Below are positions 9,619 to 18,652 of a DNA stretch of 64,000 bases, piece by piece. The stretch is taken from IMG/VR virus record IMGVR_UViG_3300017766_003100, positions 154,388 to 218,387 of that record; one strand, given 5' to 3'. Position numbers and translations under genes: made by a program. The notes under the pieces were generated by a model. The model was not told the origin of the DNA and ran no database searches. It saw nothing but the letters and a program-made list of their open reading frames with translations. Numbering within the stretch: the stretch's first letter is position 1; each line of letters starts with the position of its first letter. The DNA comes from a virus. Taxonomy: Duplodnaviria; Caudoviricetes.

Positions 9619-10053
9619 ATGGAAAACGAGTTAACAGAAAAATTAATGAACTCCAAAAGAATTATGGATATCGTATCCAAGGGAGATACTATTAAGAAGT
9701 TCCCAATCTCAAGTCAAGGTGGACCATTCTTTTACGTTGACAAATCTGAACCAAACCCAGTGTTAAAAAAATATGAAGTCCCAGTGGGGTTAGTTGAAAA
9801 ATTCAGACAAACATTTGGAGATGAAGATGGTAATGTCGGACTTTATCTAACTGAAGAAGACATAAATAATTTTGTAAAAACAAATGAAATTCCAAAAAGA
9901 ATAGTAGAATGTGTTCAATGTACTCTTAATCGTCTTGGAAACGATTTTACAATAACGCCAAAATTAATTAATCCTAAAGATTTAAGTGTTACTTGGGATA
10001 TATTAGGTGATAATGGTTTAAAATATAAAATTTCAATAAACATACAAAAATAA
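9619..10053 (+). CDS. hypothetical protein
   Basis: ORF track. Confidence 0.65.
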   Translation: MENELTEKLMNSKRIMDIVSKGDTIKKFPISSQGGPFFYVDKSEPNPVLKKYEVPVGLVEKFRQTFGDEDGNVGLYLTEEDINNFVKTNEIPKRIVECVQCTLNRLGNDFTITPKLINPKDLSVTWDILGDNGLKYKISINIQK

Positions 10054-10081
10054 TACTCAATAAACGAAAATAAATTTTAAT

Positions 10082-10687
10082 ATGAAATTAAAAGAATTAA
10101 TTAAGAATGAAATTATCAAAGGAGATGAATTATCAGTAATGATTGATTTATTAAAAGAATGTGAGGAATTGCAAAATTGTGATGAATTAATTATCATAAA
10201 AGAACCAGTGTTTCTTGATGAAAATGGGAAAACAAAGATGGTTCAAACTTTTAAGGTTGACGATAATAACTCTTTTAAAGGTAAATGTTATCTCTATTCA
10301 ATTGGGTTAACACCTGAAATGTTTGACCCAAATAAAATTAATGATTTGGTTAAAGATGGTGCATCAATCACTCCTGCAATAGTTGACCCATCAACATTGA
10401 CATTAAAAAAGAAAATTATCATAGAGTTTGAACCTGAAACATTACAAGACGAAGCAATTTATGGTCTTGGAAGTCCTAGTATGATTGAGGATGCTGAAAA
10501 TGAAAAAAATAAAAGTATAAGAAAAAAATTACATCAAACACTAGATAATATTTTGGATTCACCACAAGATTATCAAATTAAAGGTGAAAGGGGTGTAATG
10601 ATTAGAGGGGTGTTTGAAACCAAAAAAAATGATGAGGTAGAATTAACTCAGATGCCACTTTGTTCAATGTTAATTCCACCTGAATAA
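10082..10687 (+). CDS. hypothetical protein
   Basis: ORF track. Confidence 0.7.
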   Translation: MKLKELIKNEIIKGDELSVMIDLLKECEELQNCDELIIIKEPVFLDENGKTKMVQTFKVDDNNSFKGKCYLYSIGLTPEMFDPNKINDLVKDGASITPAIVDPSTLTLKKKIIIEFEPETLQDEAIYGLGSPSMIEDAENEKNKSIRKKLHQTLDNILDSPQDYQIKGERGVMIRGVFETKKNDEVELTQMPLCSMLIPPE

Positions 10688-10780
10688 GGTAGTAAATATA
10701 TCGAAGAGTTAGGTCATAAAGGAATTAATGTTACAAGACAAGAAATAAATGAATTTTTAAATAAACATAAAAAATAAATT

Positions 10781-11065
10781 ATGATTTGGTTATTTAAAGT
10801 TGATGAAGTTTTTTGGAATGATAAACCAAAAATAAATGACTACTTTACATTTGACACTAATGATAATGAGTTTGATGTAACTAAATATGATATATCACTT
10901 TATTTCCCGACAGCAGATTACTATTTACATAGCGATTCCAACTTGGAAGAAATATATCAGTTGAGATATGTTGGTACTCAAAATCCAATGAGAATATTAG
11001 TACCCAAAGACAACGAAATTTATAATATGATTAGAGAATTTCACATAAACATACAAAAAGATTAA
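10781..11065 (+). CDS. hypothetical protein
   Basis: ORF track. Confidence 0.6.
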   Translation: MIWLFKVDEVFWNDKPKINDYFTFDTNDNEFDVTKYDISLYFPTADYYLHSDSNLEEIYQLRYVGTQNPMRILVPKDNEIYNMIREFHINIQKD

Positions 11066-11069
11066 ACTT

Positions 11070-11234
11070 ATGAAAAACATTTTAGTAAAAATTGGATTTA
11101 GAATAGCAAGTTGGCTATACAAACAAGGAATTATCGCACCACAACTTTTATCCCACGAAGATGGAACTTCTGTTAGAAACATTAAAATTCTTACTCCTGA
11201 AGAGAGTGAACAACTTAAAAACAATTTAGCATGA
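11070..11234 (+). CDS. 54-aa hypothetical protein (not in ORF track)
   Basis: MKNILVKIGFRIASW...KNNLA*; ATGA overlap with next gene. Confidence 0.55.
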   Translation: MKNILVKIGFRIASWLYKQGIIAPQLLSHEDGTSVRNIKILTPEESEQLKNNLA

Positions 11235-11584
11235 TTACAATTCAAATTTTAACTTGGTTTGTTATGGCCTATGGGTTCACAAACATTATGGTTTATGGAA
11301 GTATTTTTCAAGGATTAAGAGATACAATTAAAGGTTTTGGGAATCACCCATATTTTCCACTTAACTTCCTATTCAAATTTATAGATGGTATTTTGTCCTG
11401 TGTAATGTGTTGCTCAACATGGATTGGATTTTTTATTGGATTGGTTATTTGGTCACCAAATTATCATTTATTTGGAATGCCGATTTACACATCTTGGTTT
11501 TTTGATGGATTAATTGCATCAGGAGCAGTATGGGCAATCAATGCCATTGTTGAATATTATGAAGAAAATAGACCATCTAAATGA
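11231..11584 (+). CDS. DUF1360-like membrane protein
   Basis: Three hydrophobic segments and an SCVMCCSTW motif. Confidence 0.6.
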   Translation: MITIQILTWFVMAYGFTNIMVYGSIFQGLRDTIKGFGNHPYFPLNFLFKFIDGILSCVMCCSTWIGFFIGLVIWSPNYHLFGMPIYTSWFFDGLIASGAVWAINAIVEYYEENRPSK

Positions 11585-12204
11585 AAAAAGTATTAGAGTT
11601 ATTTGCTGGTAGTCGTTCTATTGGTAAAGCCGCAGAATCACTTGGAATGGAAGTATTTTCAGTTGATTGGGAACAATATGAGGGGATAAATTTATCAAAA
11701 GATATTGGTGAATTAACAATGGAAGATGTTCCATTCACCCCTGATATTGTTTGGGCTTCACCAGATTGTACAACATATACAATTGCTGCAATATCACACC
11801 ACAGAAACGGAACTGAACCCAAAAGTGAATATGCAAAAAAATGTGATATGGTTAATCAACATTTTATTTCATTGATAAAACAATGGTTAACCATTAATCC
11901 AAATATGGTATTCTTTATTGAAAATCCAAGGGGTATGTTAAGAAAGATGCCTTGGATGTTAGAATTCACAAGACATACAATATGGTATTGCAAATATGGT
12001 GATGAAAGAGCCAAACCAACTGATATATGGACAAATAGTACAACTTGGATAGCAAGACCTGTTTGCAAGAATGGTAATACGGAATGTCATCACCAACCAG
12101 CACCAAGGGGAAGTAAAACTGGAACTCAAGGTAGAAAAGGAAGTTATGAAAGAAGTAAAATACCTGAACAACTTTGCAATGAAATATTAACATCAACATT
12201 ATGA
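11581..12204 (+). CDS. short C5-cytosine methyltransferase-like protein
   Basis: LELFAGS (motif I), ASPDC (IV), IENP (VI). Confidence 0.8.
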   Translation: MKKVLELFAGSRSIGKAAESLGMEVFSVDWEQYEGINLSKDIGELTMEDVPFTPDIVWASPDCTTYTIAAISHHRNGTEPKSEYAKKCDMVNQHFISLIKQWLTINPNMVFFIENPRGMLRKMPWMLEFTRHTIWYCKYGDERAKPTDIWTNSTTWIARPVCKNGNTECHHQPAPRGSKTGTQGRKGSYERSKIPEQLCNEILTSTL

Positions 12205-12833
12205 AAGTATTAAATCTATATGCAGGTATTGGTGGGAATAGAAAATATTGGGAAGATGTTGAAGTAACAGCGGTTGAATATAATGAAGAAATCGCAAATG
12301 TATATCAACATTTTTTCCCCAATGATAATGTTATTGTTGATGATGCCCACGAATATCTTGCAAAGAATTGGAGAAACTTTGATTTTATATGGAGCAGTCC
12401 CCCTTGTCAAAGTCATAGCAAAGTTAGGATGATGGCAAGCAAGGGTGGAAGTTATGATTCAGTAATGCCAGATATGAAATTATGGGCGGAGATAATCTTC
12501 TTACAAAACTTCACAAAGAATACCAATATAAAGTTTGTTGTTGAGAATGTTAAACCCTATTATGAACCATTTGTTAAACCATCATTGAAATTGGGAAGAC
12601 ATTTATTTTGGACAAACTTTGATATTCCAATTATTGATATTAAGGATGGTTTAACCCATAATGAGAGGGGAAGTTCAGAGAAGGGTTATTTTGATTTGAG
12701 GGAGTTTAAATTAAAACATAGGAAAGACCAAATTATTAGAAATTGTGTTGACCCCAATGTTGGAAAATATATATTTGACATTGTTAAAAAAAATAATTAT
12801 GATGGAGAAAAAATTGGTGAGATTTCCCAATGA
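12201..12833 (+). CDS. short C5-cytosine methyltransferase
   Basis: LYAGIGG, SPPCQ, VENV, RH.FW, IRNCV motifs. Confidence 0.85.
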   Translation: MKVLNLYAGIGGNRKYWEDVEVTAVEYNEEIANVYQHFFPNDNVIVDDAHEYLAKNWRNFDFIWSSPPCQSHSKVRMMASKGGSYDSVMPDMKLWAEIIFLQNFTKNTNIKFVVENVKPYYEPFVKPSLKLGRHLFWTNFDIPIIDIKDGLTHNERGSSEKGYFDLREFKLKHRKDQIIRNCVDPNVGKYIFDIVKKNNYDGEKIGEISQ

Positions 12834-12945
12834 AAGTGAGTTCATTGAAATGGAAATCAATATGGATGAATTTGATAATGATAAAACATTTGAACAAGAA
12901 ATGTTTGGATGGTACAAAGGAATTTACATTTCAATTAAATTATAA
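12799..12945 (+). CDS. 48-aa hypothetical protein (start revised)
   Basis: MMEKKLVRFP...; TAATG coupling to next gene. Confidence 0.5.
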   Translation: MMEKKLVRFPNESEFIEMEINMDEFDNDKTFEQEMFGWYKGIYISIKL

Positions 12946-13376
12946 TGGAACTAATAACAACTTATATTTGTAAATTATCTGACACTGGTGTTCACGATAA
13001 TATATTTGGTGGAACAATACTTGGATTGATTGACCAAAGTGCTGGTGCTTATGCCGCACAGATATGTGATACACCAAGAATGGTGACAGTTAAAATTGAT
13101 GAATTGGTTTTTAAGAATCCAGTTAAAGCTGGAACAATTATAAAAATATATGGTAAAGTTTTGGAATTTGGTAATACTTCCATAACTTTATACATTGAAG
13201 TTAGAAAACATAATGTTTACACTGGTAAACAAGAGGTTGTGGTTTCAACTAATATCAAGTTTGTTAGAATTGATGAAGAAGGTTATCCAATTCCAATCTC
13301 GGAAAGAGTTAAGATTAGATACAATGAAAGAATTGAAAAATATGGTAAAGGATTATTAAACCCTGATGAAAGATAA
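12945..13376 (+). CDS. acyl-CoA thioesterase (HotDog, YciA-like)
   Basis: HDNIFGG.ILGLIDQSAG, VTVKID.LVFKNPV..G, SITLYIEV, FVRIDEEG.PIP. Confidence 0.85.
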   Translation: MELITTYICKLSDTGVHDNIFGGTILGLIDQSAGAYAAQICDTPRMVTVKIDELVFKNPVKAGTIIKIYGKVLEFGNTSITLYIEVRKHNVYTGKQEVVVSTNIKFVRIDEEGYPIPISERVKIRYNERIEKYGKGLLNPDER

Positions 13377-13382
13377 ATTAAT

Positions 13383-13853
13383 ATGGAAGATTTTGATTCA
13401 TTAAATGAAAAACAATTGGAATCCCTTGAAAGGGGACTCTCCGATTTAAAAAATAATAGAGTTATGACAAGTGATGAGTTTTGGAAGGAATTGTTATCAA
13501 AAAAAGAACAACAAGTACTAATTGATGAGGCTTATGAGAATTATTGTAAGTCATTTGAAAATCAAACACTAATTGAACAATACTCTTTTGATACAGACCC
13601 AATGACTCAATTTATGTTCATCAACAAATGTAAAACAGATTCTGAGTTCTCTGAGAAATGGGGTCTAACCATTGAAGAACGAGAGTTGAGTTTGGAAGAA
13701 CGATATGATTGGTTTATAAAAACATATAACACAAATTTAACAAGAAGTAGTAATCAATATAATATGGAAGATATATTGAGTAGTAATAATTGTTCAAATA
13801 AACTAATCACAATATCTTATCACGATAAAACAATAGAAAGTTATGAAAGTTAA
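13383..13853 (+). CDS. hypothetical protein sharing motifs with ThyA insertions
   Basis: FINKCKTDSEFSEKWG and RELSLEERYDW (see findings). Confidence 0.7.
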   Translation: MEDFDSLNEKQLESLERGLSDLKNNRVMTSDEFWKELLSKKEQQVLIDEAYENYCKSFENQTLIEQYSFDTDPMTQFMFINKCKTDSEFSEKWGLTIEERELSLEERYDWFIKTYNTNLTRSSNQYNMEDILSSNNCSNKLITISYHDKTIESYES

Positions 13854-14124
13854 AATTAATGAAAAATGGTTTGAGGGAAGATATAATGATGAGCGAAAAT
13901 TTATTATACCCCTATCTGAAGAGCAAGATATTATATTTTTTTATAAATGGCAAAAAAAACATAATAAGTTTGGTATGCCAAAATCAGATTACACAGAAGA
14001 TATTGAATATAAAACAATATGTGAGTCTGGTACTTTAATTAGTTGTTACCCGATACTAAACCTAAATGAAGATGAGGTTTGGTTAAAATTTGATAGTTAT
14101 AAACCAATTGAATCTTATGAATGA
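13843..14124 (+). CDS. hypothetical protein
   Basis: ORF track; overlapping junctions. Confidence 0.6.
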   Translation: MKVKINEKWFEGRYNDERKFIIPLSEEQDIIFFYKWQKKHNKFGMPKSDYTEDIEYKTICESGTLISCYPILNLNEDEVWLKFDSYKPIESYE

Positions 14125-14278
14125 TAAAATTTTAATTGGAAAAAAAGGGAAATCTGATAATGGTTATGTTTTTGCTGCTTACATTAAAATATTAGAACTA
14201 CAACTCCCTATAAAATTCGTCCGACTTGATGAAAAAGGTCAACCAATCTTTATTAAAATAAACAATAACGAATTATGA
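14117..14278 (+). CDS. small hypothetical protein (start revised)
   Basis: MNDKILIGKK...; overlapping junctions. Confidence 0.55.
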   Translation: MNDKILIGKKGKSDNGYVFAAYIKILELQLPIKFVRLDEKGQPIFIKINNNEL

Positions 14279-14484
14279 AAATTAACATTGATGGAAATGA
14301 TTTACTCAAACACTTAACATTTTGGCATAATAAAACCGATGATGAGTGCATTGAGTTGGCAACCAACGAATTTGGATTAGATGCTCAAGAAGCATTAATG
14401 AATATGCTTGAGAGGGATTTCTGTACCCAAGTAAACAATAATATCATTGAAGATTTAAAAAAATGGATTAACGATTATGAATAA
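14275..14484 (+). CDS. small hypothetical protein
   Basis: ATGA overlap. Confidence 0.6.
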   Translation: MKINIDGNDLLKHLTFWHNKTDDECIELATNEFGLDAQEALMNMLERDFCTQVNNNIIEDLKKWINDYE

Positions 14485-14680
14485 AAGAGATATTATAGAA
14501 TCAATGTTGAATATGGAAGACCCAATTACCAAACAACATTGGATGAGTTGGGATAAAGGTGATTGCTCAGAAATAGGATTGTGTGAGATATTATTAGCAC
14601 AACTTATTAGAGAACATAAAGAAGCAAATGAACTATATTATGATACAGACTACGATAAAATAACATTAAGATATGAATAA
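14477..14680 (+). CDS. small hypothetical protein
   Basis: 8-nt overlap with previous gene. Confidence 0.6.
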   Translation: MNKRDIIESMLNMEDPITKQHWMSWDKGDCSEIGLCEILLAQLIREHKEANELYYDTDYDKITLRYE

Positions 14681-14810
14681 AGAACAACAAACACTCTATT
14701 CAGAAATTGAAACACTTATTATTAAGTGGAATATTGATGGAACTAAAACTGCAGGTTCTCTCACTAGAGATATAATGAAACTAATAGAAAGTAAAAATGA
14801 AAATCAATAA
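14673..14810 (+). CDS. 45-aa microprotein (not in track)
   Basis: MNKEQQTLYSEIETLIIKWNIDGTKTAGSLTRDIMKLIESKNENQ*. Confidence 0.6.
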   Translation: MNKEQQTLYSEIETLIIKWNIDGTKTAGSLTRDIMKLIESKNENQ

Positions 14811-14949
14811 AGAAGAACTATATAAACTCTATATGGAGTGGGTAGATGGAGTTGCCGAAGAATGTGATTGGAAAACTTCATTTACACCAGAAGAAATAGT
14901 TGGAGCAATCTCTACCATTTTAGAAAATAATCCACAATTATATGAGTAA
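14797..14949 (+). CDS. 50-aa microprotein (not in track)
   Basis: MKINKEELYKLYMEWVDGVAEECDWKTSFTPEEIVG...YE*. Confidence 0.6.
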   Translation: MKINKEELYKLYMEWVDGVAEECDWKTSFTPEEIVGAISTILENNPQLYE

Positions 14950-15103
14950 AGAAGATACATATTCAATACCTATTTACGAAAACGGAGTGAAGACAGAATG
15001 GAGTGTTGATGGAATAATTGGTGATGAGAAATACTTTAAATTATTAGAGTTGGGTAATGGGAAAGATTTACCTGATATGATTAACACAACAACGAAACAA
15101 TAG
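14942..15103 (+). CDS. 53-aa microprotein (not in track)
   Basis: MSKEDTYSIPIYENGVKTEW...TTKQ*. Confidence 0.55.
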   Translation: MSKEDTYSIPIYENGVKTEWSVDGIIGDEKYFKLLELGNGKDLPDMINTTTKQ

Positions 15104-15109
15104 ATTAGT

Positions 15110-15238
15110 ATGAACAAACTAGATAAACTAATAGAATGGGTTAGTTGGGAAACATCCACACACTACTGCATTTCTCAATGGGATGTAGCCTCTTCAATTA
15201 AAATCAAATGGATTAAAAAAAATGAACAAACTAGATAA
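15110..15238 (+). CDS. 42-aa microprotein starting MNKLDKLIE (not in track)
   Basis: Manual translation; first 29 nt identical to 15222-15250. Confidence 0.5.
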   Translation: MNKLDKLIEWVSWETSTHYCISQWDVASSIKIKWIKKNEQTR

Positions 15239-15437
15239 ACTAATAGAATGCGGTGCTGAACTAGCACGTAAGCATGAAGAAAAGAGTGATGAAATATTAA
15301 ATAATCCTGATGTACCGCAGGAATTAAAAGATATCATTATTGAAAGTAGAATACCTGATGATAAGATAGTTGATTTAACAGGAGGTAAAAGAATAAAATA
15401 TATTAATCCCAACACATTCGAAATTGAATATGAATAA
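15222..15437 (+). CDS. small hypothetical protein starting MNKLDKLIE
   Basis: ORF track; overlaps thyA start. Confidence 0.6.
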   Translation: MNKLDKLIECGAELARKHEEKSDEILNNPDVPQELKDIIIESRIPDDKIVDLTGGKRIKYINPNTFEIEYE

Positions 15438-16734
15438 ACTAGATAAAGATTACACAGCACTCCTACAAGACATACTTGATAATGGAGTTACAAAAAAAGA
15501 CAGAACTGGCACTGGTACTATCTCAGTATTCGGTAGACAAATTCGTCATCGAATGAGTGATGGATTTCCATTATTAACTTCCAAAAAAATGTATTTCAAA
15601 GGTATTGTAACCGAACTTATATGGTTTTTAAGGGGTGATACAAATATCAAATACCTTGTTGATAATAATTGTCATATATGGGATGGGGATGCTTATAAGA
15701 GGTTTTCTCAAATTAGAAAATCCATGTTAATGTTAAAACCACCTGCATCGGAAGATAAATTAAGAGAATATATTGAGTGGTATGAGCAAGTAACAACACA
15801 AGAAGAATTCATTAACAAAATCAAAACAGATGATGAGTTTGCTCAGAAGTGGGGTGAACTCGGCTCCATCTATGGTAAGCAATGGAGAAGTTGGAATAAA
15901 AAGAAAATGTATCTATCGACAGATGGTTCATACGAAAACATTTATGATGAGGCTGACCAAACAGTTATAGACCAAATTGCAAACCTAATCAACGACCTTA
16001 AAACAAATCCAGATTCAAGACGCCTACTTGTGTCAGCTTGGAATGTTGGAGAATTGGATTCAATGACACTTCCACCTTGTCATTATGGATTTCAAGTTTA
16101 TACAAGAGAGTTGAGTAATGAGGAAGTTGCATTTGAAGCAAATAAAAGAGGTTTTAATCTTAAAGGAATGACTGTAATGGGTAAATTATTGATTGACCCT
16201 AAAGAAGTCAAAGAATACAACTTACCAACCAGAGCAATCTCTTTAATGTATAATACCAGAAGCCAAGATTTACCATTAGGTACGCCATTCAATATAGCTT
16301 CTTACGGACTTTTATTAACAATACTTGGTAAGATGGTTAATATGGTTCCAGATGAATTAATTGCTAATATGGGTGATTGTCATATCTACTTAAATCAAGT
16401 TGAGGGTGTGAAAGAACAGATTGGTAGAGCAATGACCACTGAAGAAAGAATGGATTGGTGGTTTAAGAATTGTAAACCGAATAAAGAAGTTTGCGATAGT
16501 GTTGATGAAATGCCTGACTATGGTAAACACACTATTTTTGATTTGTGTTTACCAAGAACACCAACACGAACAAGAGAACCATATCCCCTACCAACATTAA
16601 AGATTAATTCAGGTAATGAGAATTGGCATTTGTTAGAGTTAGATGAAGTATTGAATACAATAGACCCAGACATTACATTCAAGGTTGAAAACTATCAATC
16701 ACATCCAACAATTAAATTTCCATTATCAAATTAA
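15430..16734 (+). CDS. thyA: thymidylate synthase with three large insertions (start revised to ATG 15430)
   Basis: DRTGTGT, ELIWFLRG, YGKQWR, DSRRL, LPPCH, RSQD.PLG.PFNIASY, GDCHIY. Confidence 0.97.
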   Translation: MNKLDKDYTALLQDILDNGVTKKDRTGTGTISVFGRQIRHRMSDGFPLLTSKKMYFKGIVTELIWFLRGDTNIKYLVDNNCHIWDGDAYKRFSQIRKSMLMLKPPASEDKLREYIEWYEQVTTQEEFINKIKTDDEFAQKWGELGSIYGKQWRSWNKKKMYLSTDGSYENIYDEADQTVIDQIANLINDLKTNPDSRRLLVSAWNVGELDSMTLPPCHYGFQVYTRELSNEEVAFEANKRGFNLKGMTVMGKLLIDPKEVKEYNLPTRAISLMYNTRSQDLPLGTPFNIASYGLLLTILGKMVNMVPDELIANMGDCHIYLNQVEGVKEQIGRAMTTEERMDWWFKNCKPNKEVCDSVDEMPDYGKHTIFDLCLPRTPTRTREPYPLPTLKINSGNENWHLLELDEVLNTIDPDITFKVENYQSHPTIKFPLSN

Positions 16735-16738
16735 GAAT

Positions 16739-16981
16739 ATGAAAACAATCAAAATTAGATTTATCTATTATCCAAATCGTGATAGATACACTATCCAAAG
16801 AAAAACTTTATTTGGTTGGAAAGATATTACACGTAGAATAGATTTTGGGTATGGTAGTGGTATTGAGTATTACGCTGGAAGTACAAAAGAAGATTTATTG
16901 AATGTTGTATTGGATGATTATTATATAGTTAATAAAAAACATATTAGAATTGTTGAATATCCCGAATTAAAATTTTATTAA
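16739..16981 (+). CDS. hypothetical protein (start revised)
   Basis: MKTIKIRFIYYP... Confidence 0.6.
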   Translation: MKTIKIRFIYYPNRDRYTIQRKTLFGWKDITRRIDFGYGSGIEYYAGSTKEDLLNVVLDDYYIVNKKHIRIVEYPELKFY

Positions 16982-16982
16982 T

Positions 16983-17246
16983 ATGAAAACAGAAACATTA
17001 AAAAAACTAATACAAAATGTCTTTGATAAAACAGATGACAAAGAAGAAATATATAGTGAAATTATGGCGTTGATTACATTATACGAATTAGATGAACCAG
17101 AACCAAAATTTCTAAACAACGCGTTCCCCTATAAAACATTTGAAAATCCATATTACATTAATTGTATGTGTAATCCATTGAATGGTGGTGATGGAATCTG
17201 TAATTGTACAAAAGGGGGACAGTATTATTCAACAACAACAATATAA
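16983..17246 (+). CDS. hypothetical protein with Cys-rich C-terminus
   Basis: CMCNPLNGGDGICNC. Confidence 0.65.
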   Translation: MKTETLKKLIQNVFDKTDDKEEIYSEIMALITLYELDEPEPKFLNNAFPYKTFENPYYINCMCNPLNGGDGICNCTKGGQYYSTTTI

Positions 17247-17252
17247 AAACAA

Positions 17253-17816
17253 ATGGGAATAGTAGAACATTCAAAATTAGAATTACAAATGGCTGGATAC
17301 TTTGATGAAGATTCAGATTATGGTGGAGCTTTAGGTGATGCCGTTATGGAACTTATTGAAGTATTTGCCAAACAAGGACATTCAGGTATGTCAGCATCAA
17401 TGGTAAGAGCATTATTTGCAAAATTAGGAAATTATGAACCCCTATTACCAATCACAGGGAAAGATGAAGAGTGGGGTGATATAAGAGATTATAGTAATAA
17501 TCCTTATTATCAAAACAAAAGAGAAAGTGCTTTATTCAAGTATAGTGATGGTAGTGTTCATTACATAAAAGCTATTGTTAAAAGAACTCCTGATGGAATT
17601 ACTTGGACTGGTCCATTATATCTTACAAGAGAAGATGCTATTAATTGTGTAGATAGAATTGGTAGTAATTTAGAAATCAAAGGATTTCCATTCATACCAA
17701 AGACATTTTACATTGATGTATTAGAAGAAGAAATTGAAAAGGATGATTGGATTATGTGGTGTAAAGACCCCTCTCAATTAGATGAAGTTTGGGAATACTA
17801 TAAAAAACCTTATTAA
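17253..17816 (+). CDS. conserved-looking phage hypothetical protein
   Basis: AVMELIEVFAKQGHSGMSA...PITG.DEEW pattern. Confidence 0.75.
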   Translation: MGIVEHSKLELQMAGYFDEDSDYGGALGDAVMELIEVFAKQGHSGMSASMVRALFAKLGNYEPLLPITGKDEEWGDIRDYSNNPYYQNKRESALFKYSDGSVHYIKAIVKRTPDGITWTGPLYLTREDAINCVDRIGSNLEIKGFPFIPKTFYIDVLEEEIEKDDWIMWCKDPSQLDEVWEYYKKPY

Positions 17817-18058
17817 TGAATATGAAAAAACTATTATTTTTATTATTAGTCATTTTAATGACATCTTGTGTTGACCAAGTAAATAGACAAAAACATTTGG
17901 AAAAATTATATCCAAATTGTAAAGTTGAACCAGCAACAGGATTAGTTCAACAAAACGGATTTGATTTTATTGTAATTGATTCAACAAACCAAATCATTGC
18001 TGTAAACTTCTATATGTTCAGTGAAACAAAAATATGGTCATTAAGAAATATTAGATAA
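17816..18058 (+). CDS. small lipoprotein
   Basis: Signal peptide with ILMTSC lipobox. Confidence 0.7.
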   Translation: MNMKKLLFLLLVILMTSCVDQVNRQKHLEKLYPNCKVEPATGLVQQNGFDFIVIDSTNQIIAVNFYMFSETKIWSLRNIR

Positions 18059-18070
18059 AATTATTAATCA

Positions 18071-18078
18071 ATATTTAT
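18071..18078 (+). promoter_or_regulatory. putative late promoter
   Basis: ATATTTAT upstream of 18094. Confidence 0.65.
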
Positions 18079-18093
18079 TTGATAAAAATCACA

Positions 18094-18519
18094 ATGAGAA
18101 ATATTATAAAAAAAATATTGAGAGAAGAATCTGAACTAAACGAATTAAAACGTTTAGTTGATTCATATCAACCAAATAATGTACAATTAGCTTTAATAAT
18201 GTCAGAAGGATTTGGACTTAAAAAAGAAGTTTTAGAACTTATTCTTAATCGGATATTAGAAGAAATTAAAACATTAGTTGAAGAAAATCCTGATGAATAT
18301 AGTGATGAAGTTTTAGATTTGATTGAATATGTTAATGAGATTAAAATAAATAAGATAACAGAAAATTTTAGTAAAAGTACTAAATATGTTATATATGTTG
18401 ACGTTTATTACTCTAATTCAACTGAAGAAGATTTTGATTCTTTATTTGGAGAAATTGAGTGGGACTTTCAAAAATTAACTGGAGAACGTCTTATGTTAGA
18501 GTTAACAAAAATAGATTAA
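18094..18519 (+). CDS. tagged hypothetical protein (start revised)
   Basis: MRNIIKKILREESE; late-type motif at 18071. Confidence 0.7.
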   Translation: MRNIIKKILREESELNELKRLVDSYQPNNVQLALIMSEGFGLKKEVLELILNRILEEIKTLVEENPDEYSDEVLDLIEYVNEIKINKITENFSKSTKYVIYVDVYYSNSTEEDFDSLFGEIEWDFQKLTGERLMLELTKID

Positions 18520-18529
18520 AATTGGTAAT

Positions 18530-18652
18530 ATGAATACATTTGTAGTTGTCAAAGAATTGGAAAATGGTTATATTATAATGGCACCAGATGGTGAAACTAG
18601 TTATATAACAGAAGATACTTATCAAAAACTAAAATCCAAAGGTAAAATATAG
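18530..18652 (+). CDS. 40-aa microprotein (not in track)
   Basis: MNTFVVVKELENGYIIMAPDGE...KGKI*. Confidence 0.5.
   Translation: MNTFVVVKELENGYIIMAPDGETSYITEDTYQKLKSKGKI

Larger units (their letters stand above)
15110..15447 (+). repeat. three direct repeats of a gene start
   Basis: atgaacaaactagataaactaatagaatg exact at 15110-15138 and 15222-15250; atgaataaactagataaa at 15430-15447. Confidence 0.9.

Noticed and set aside
15430-16734. Intein or intron in the enlarged ThyA
   Set aside because: The insertions are short and in frame, with no C/S...HN intein ends, endonuclease motifs or stops.
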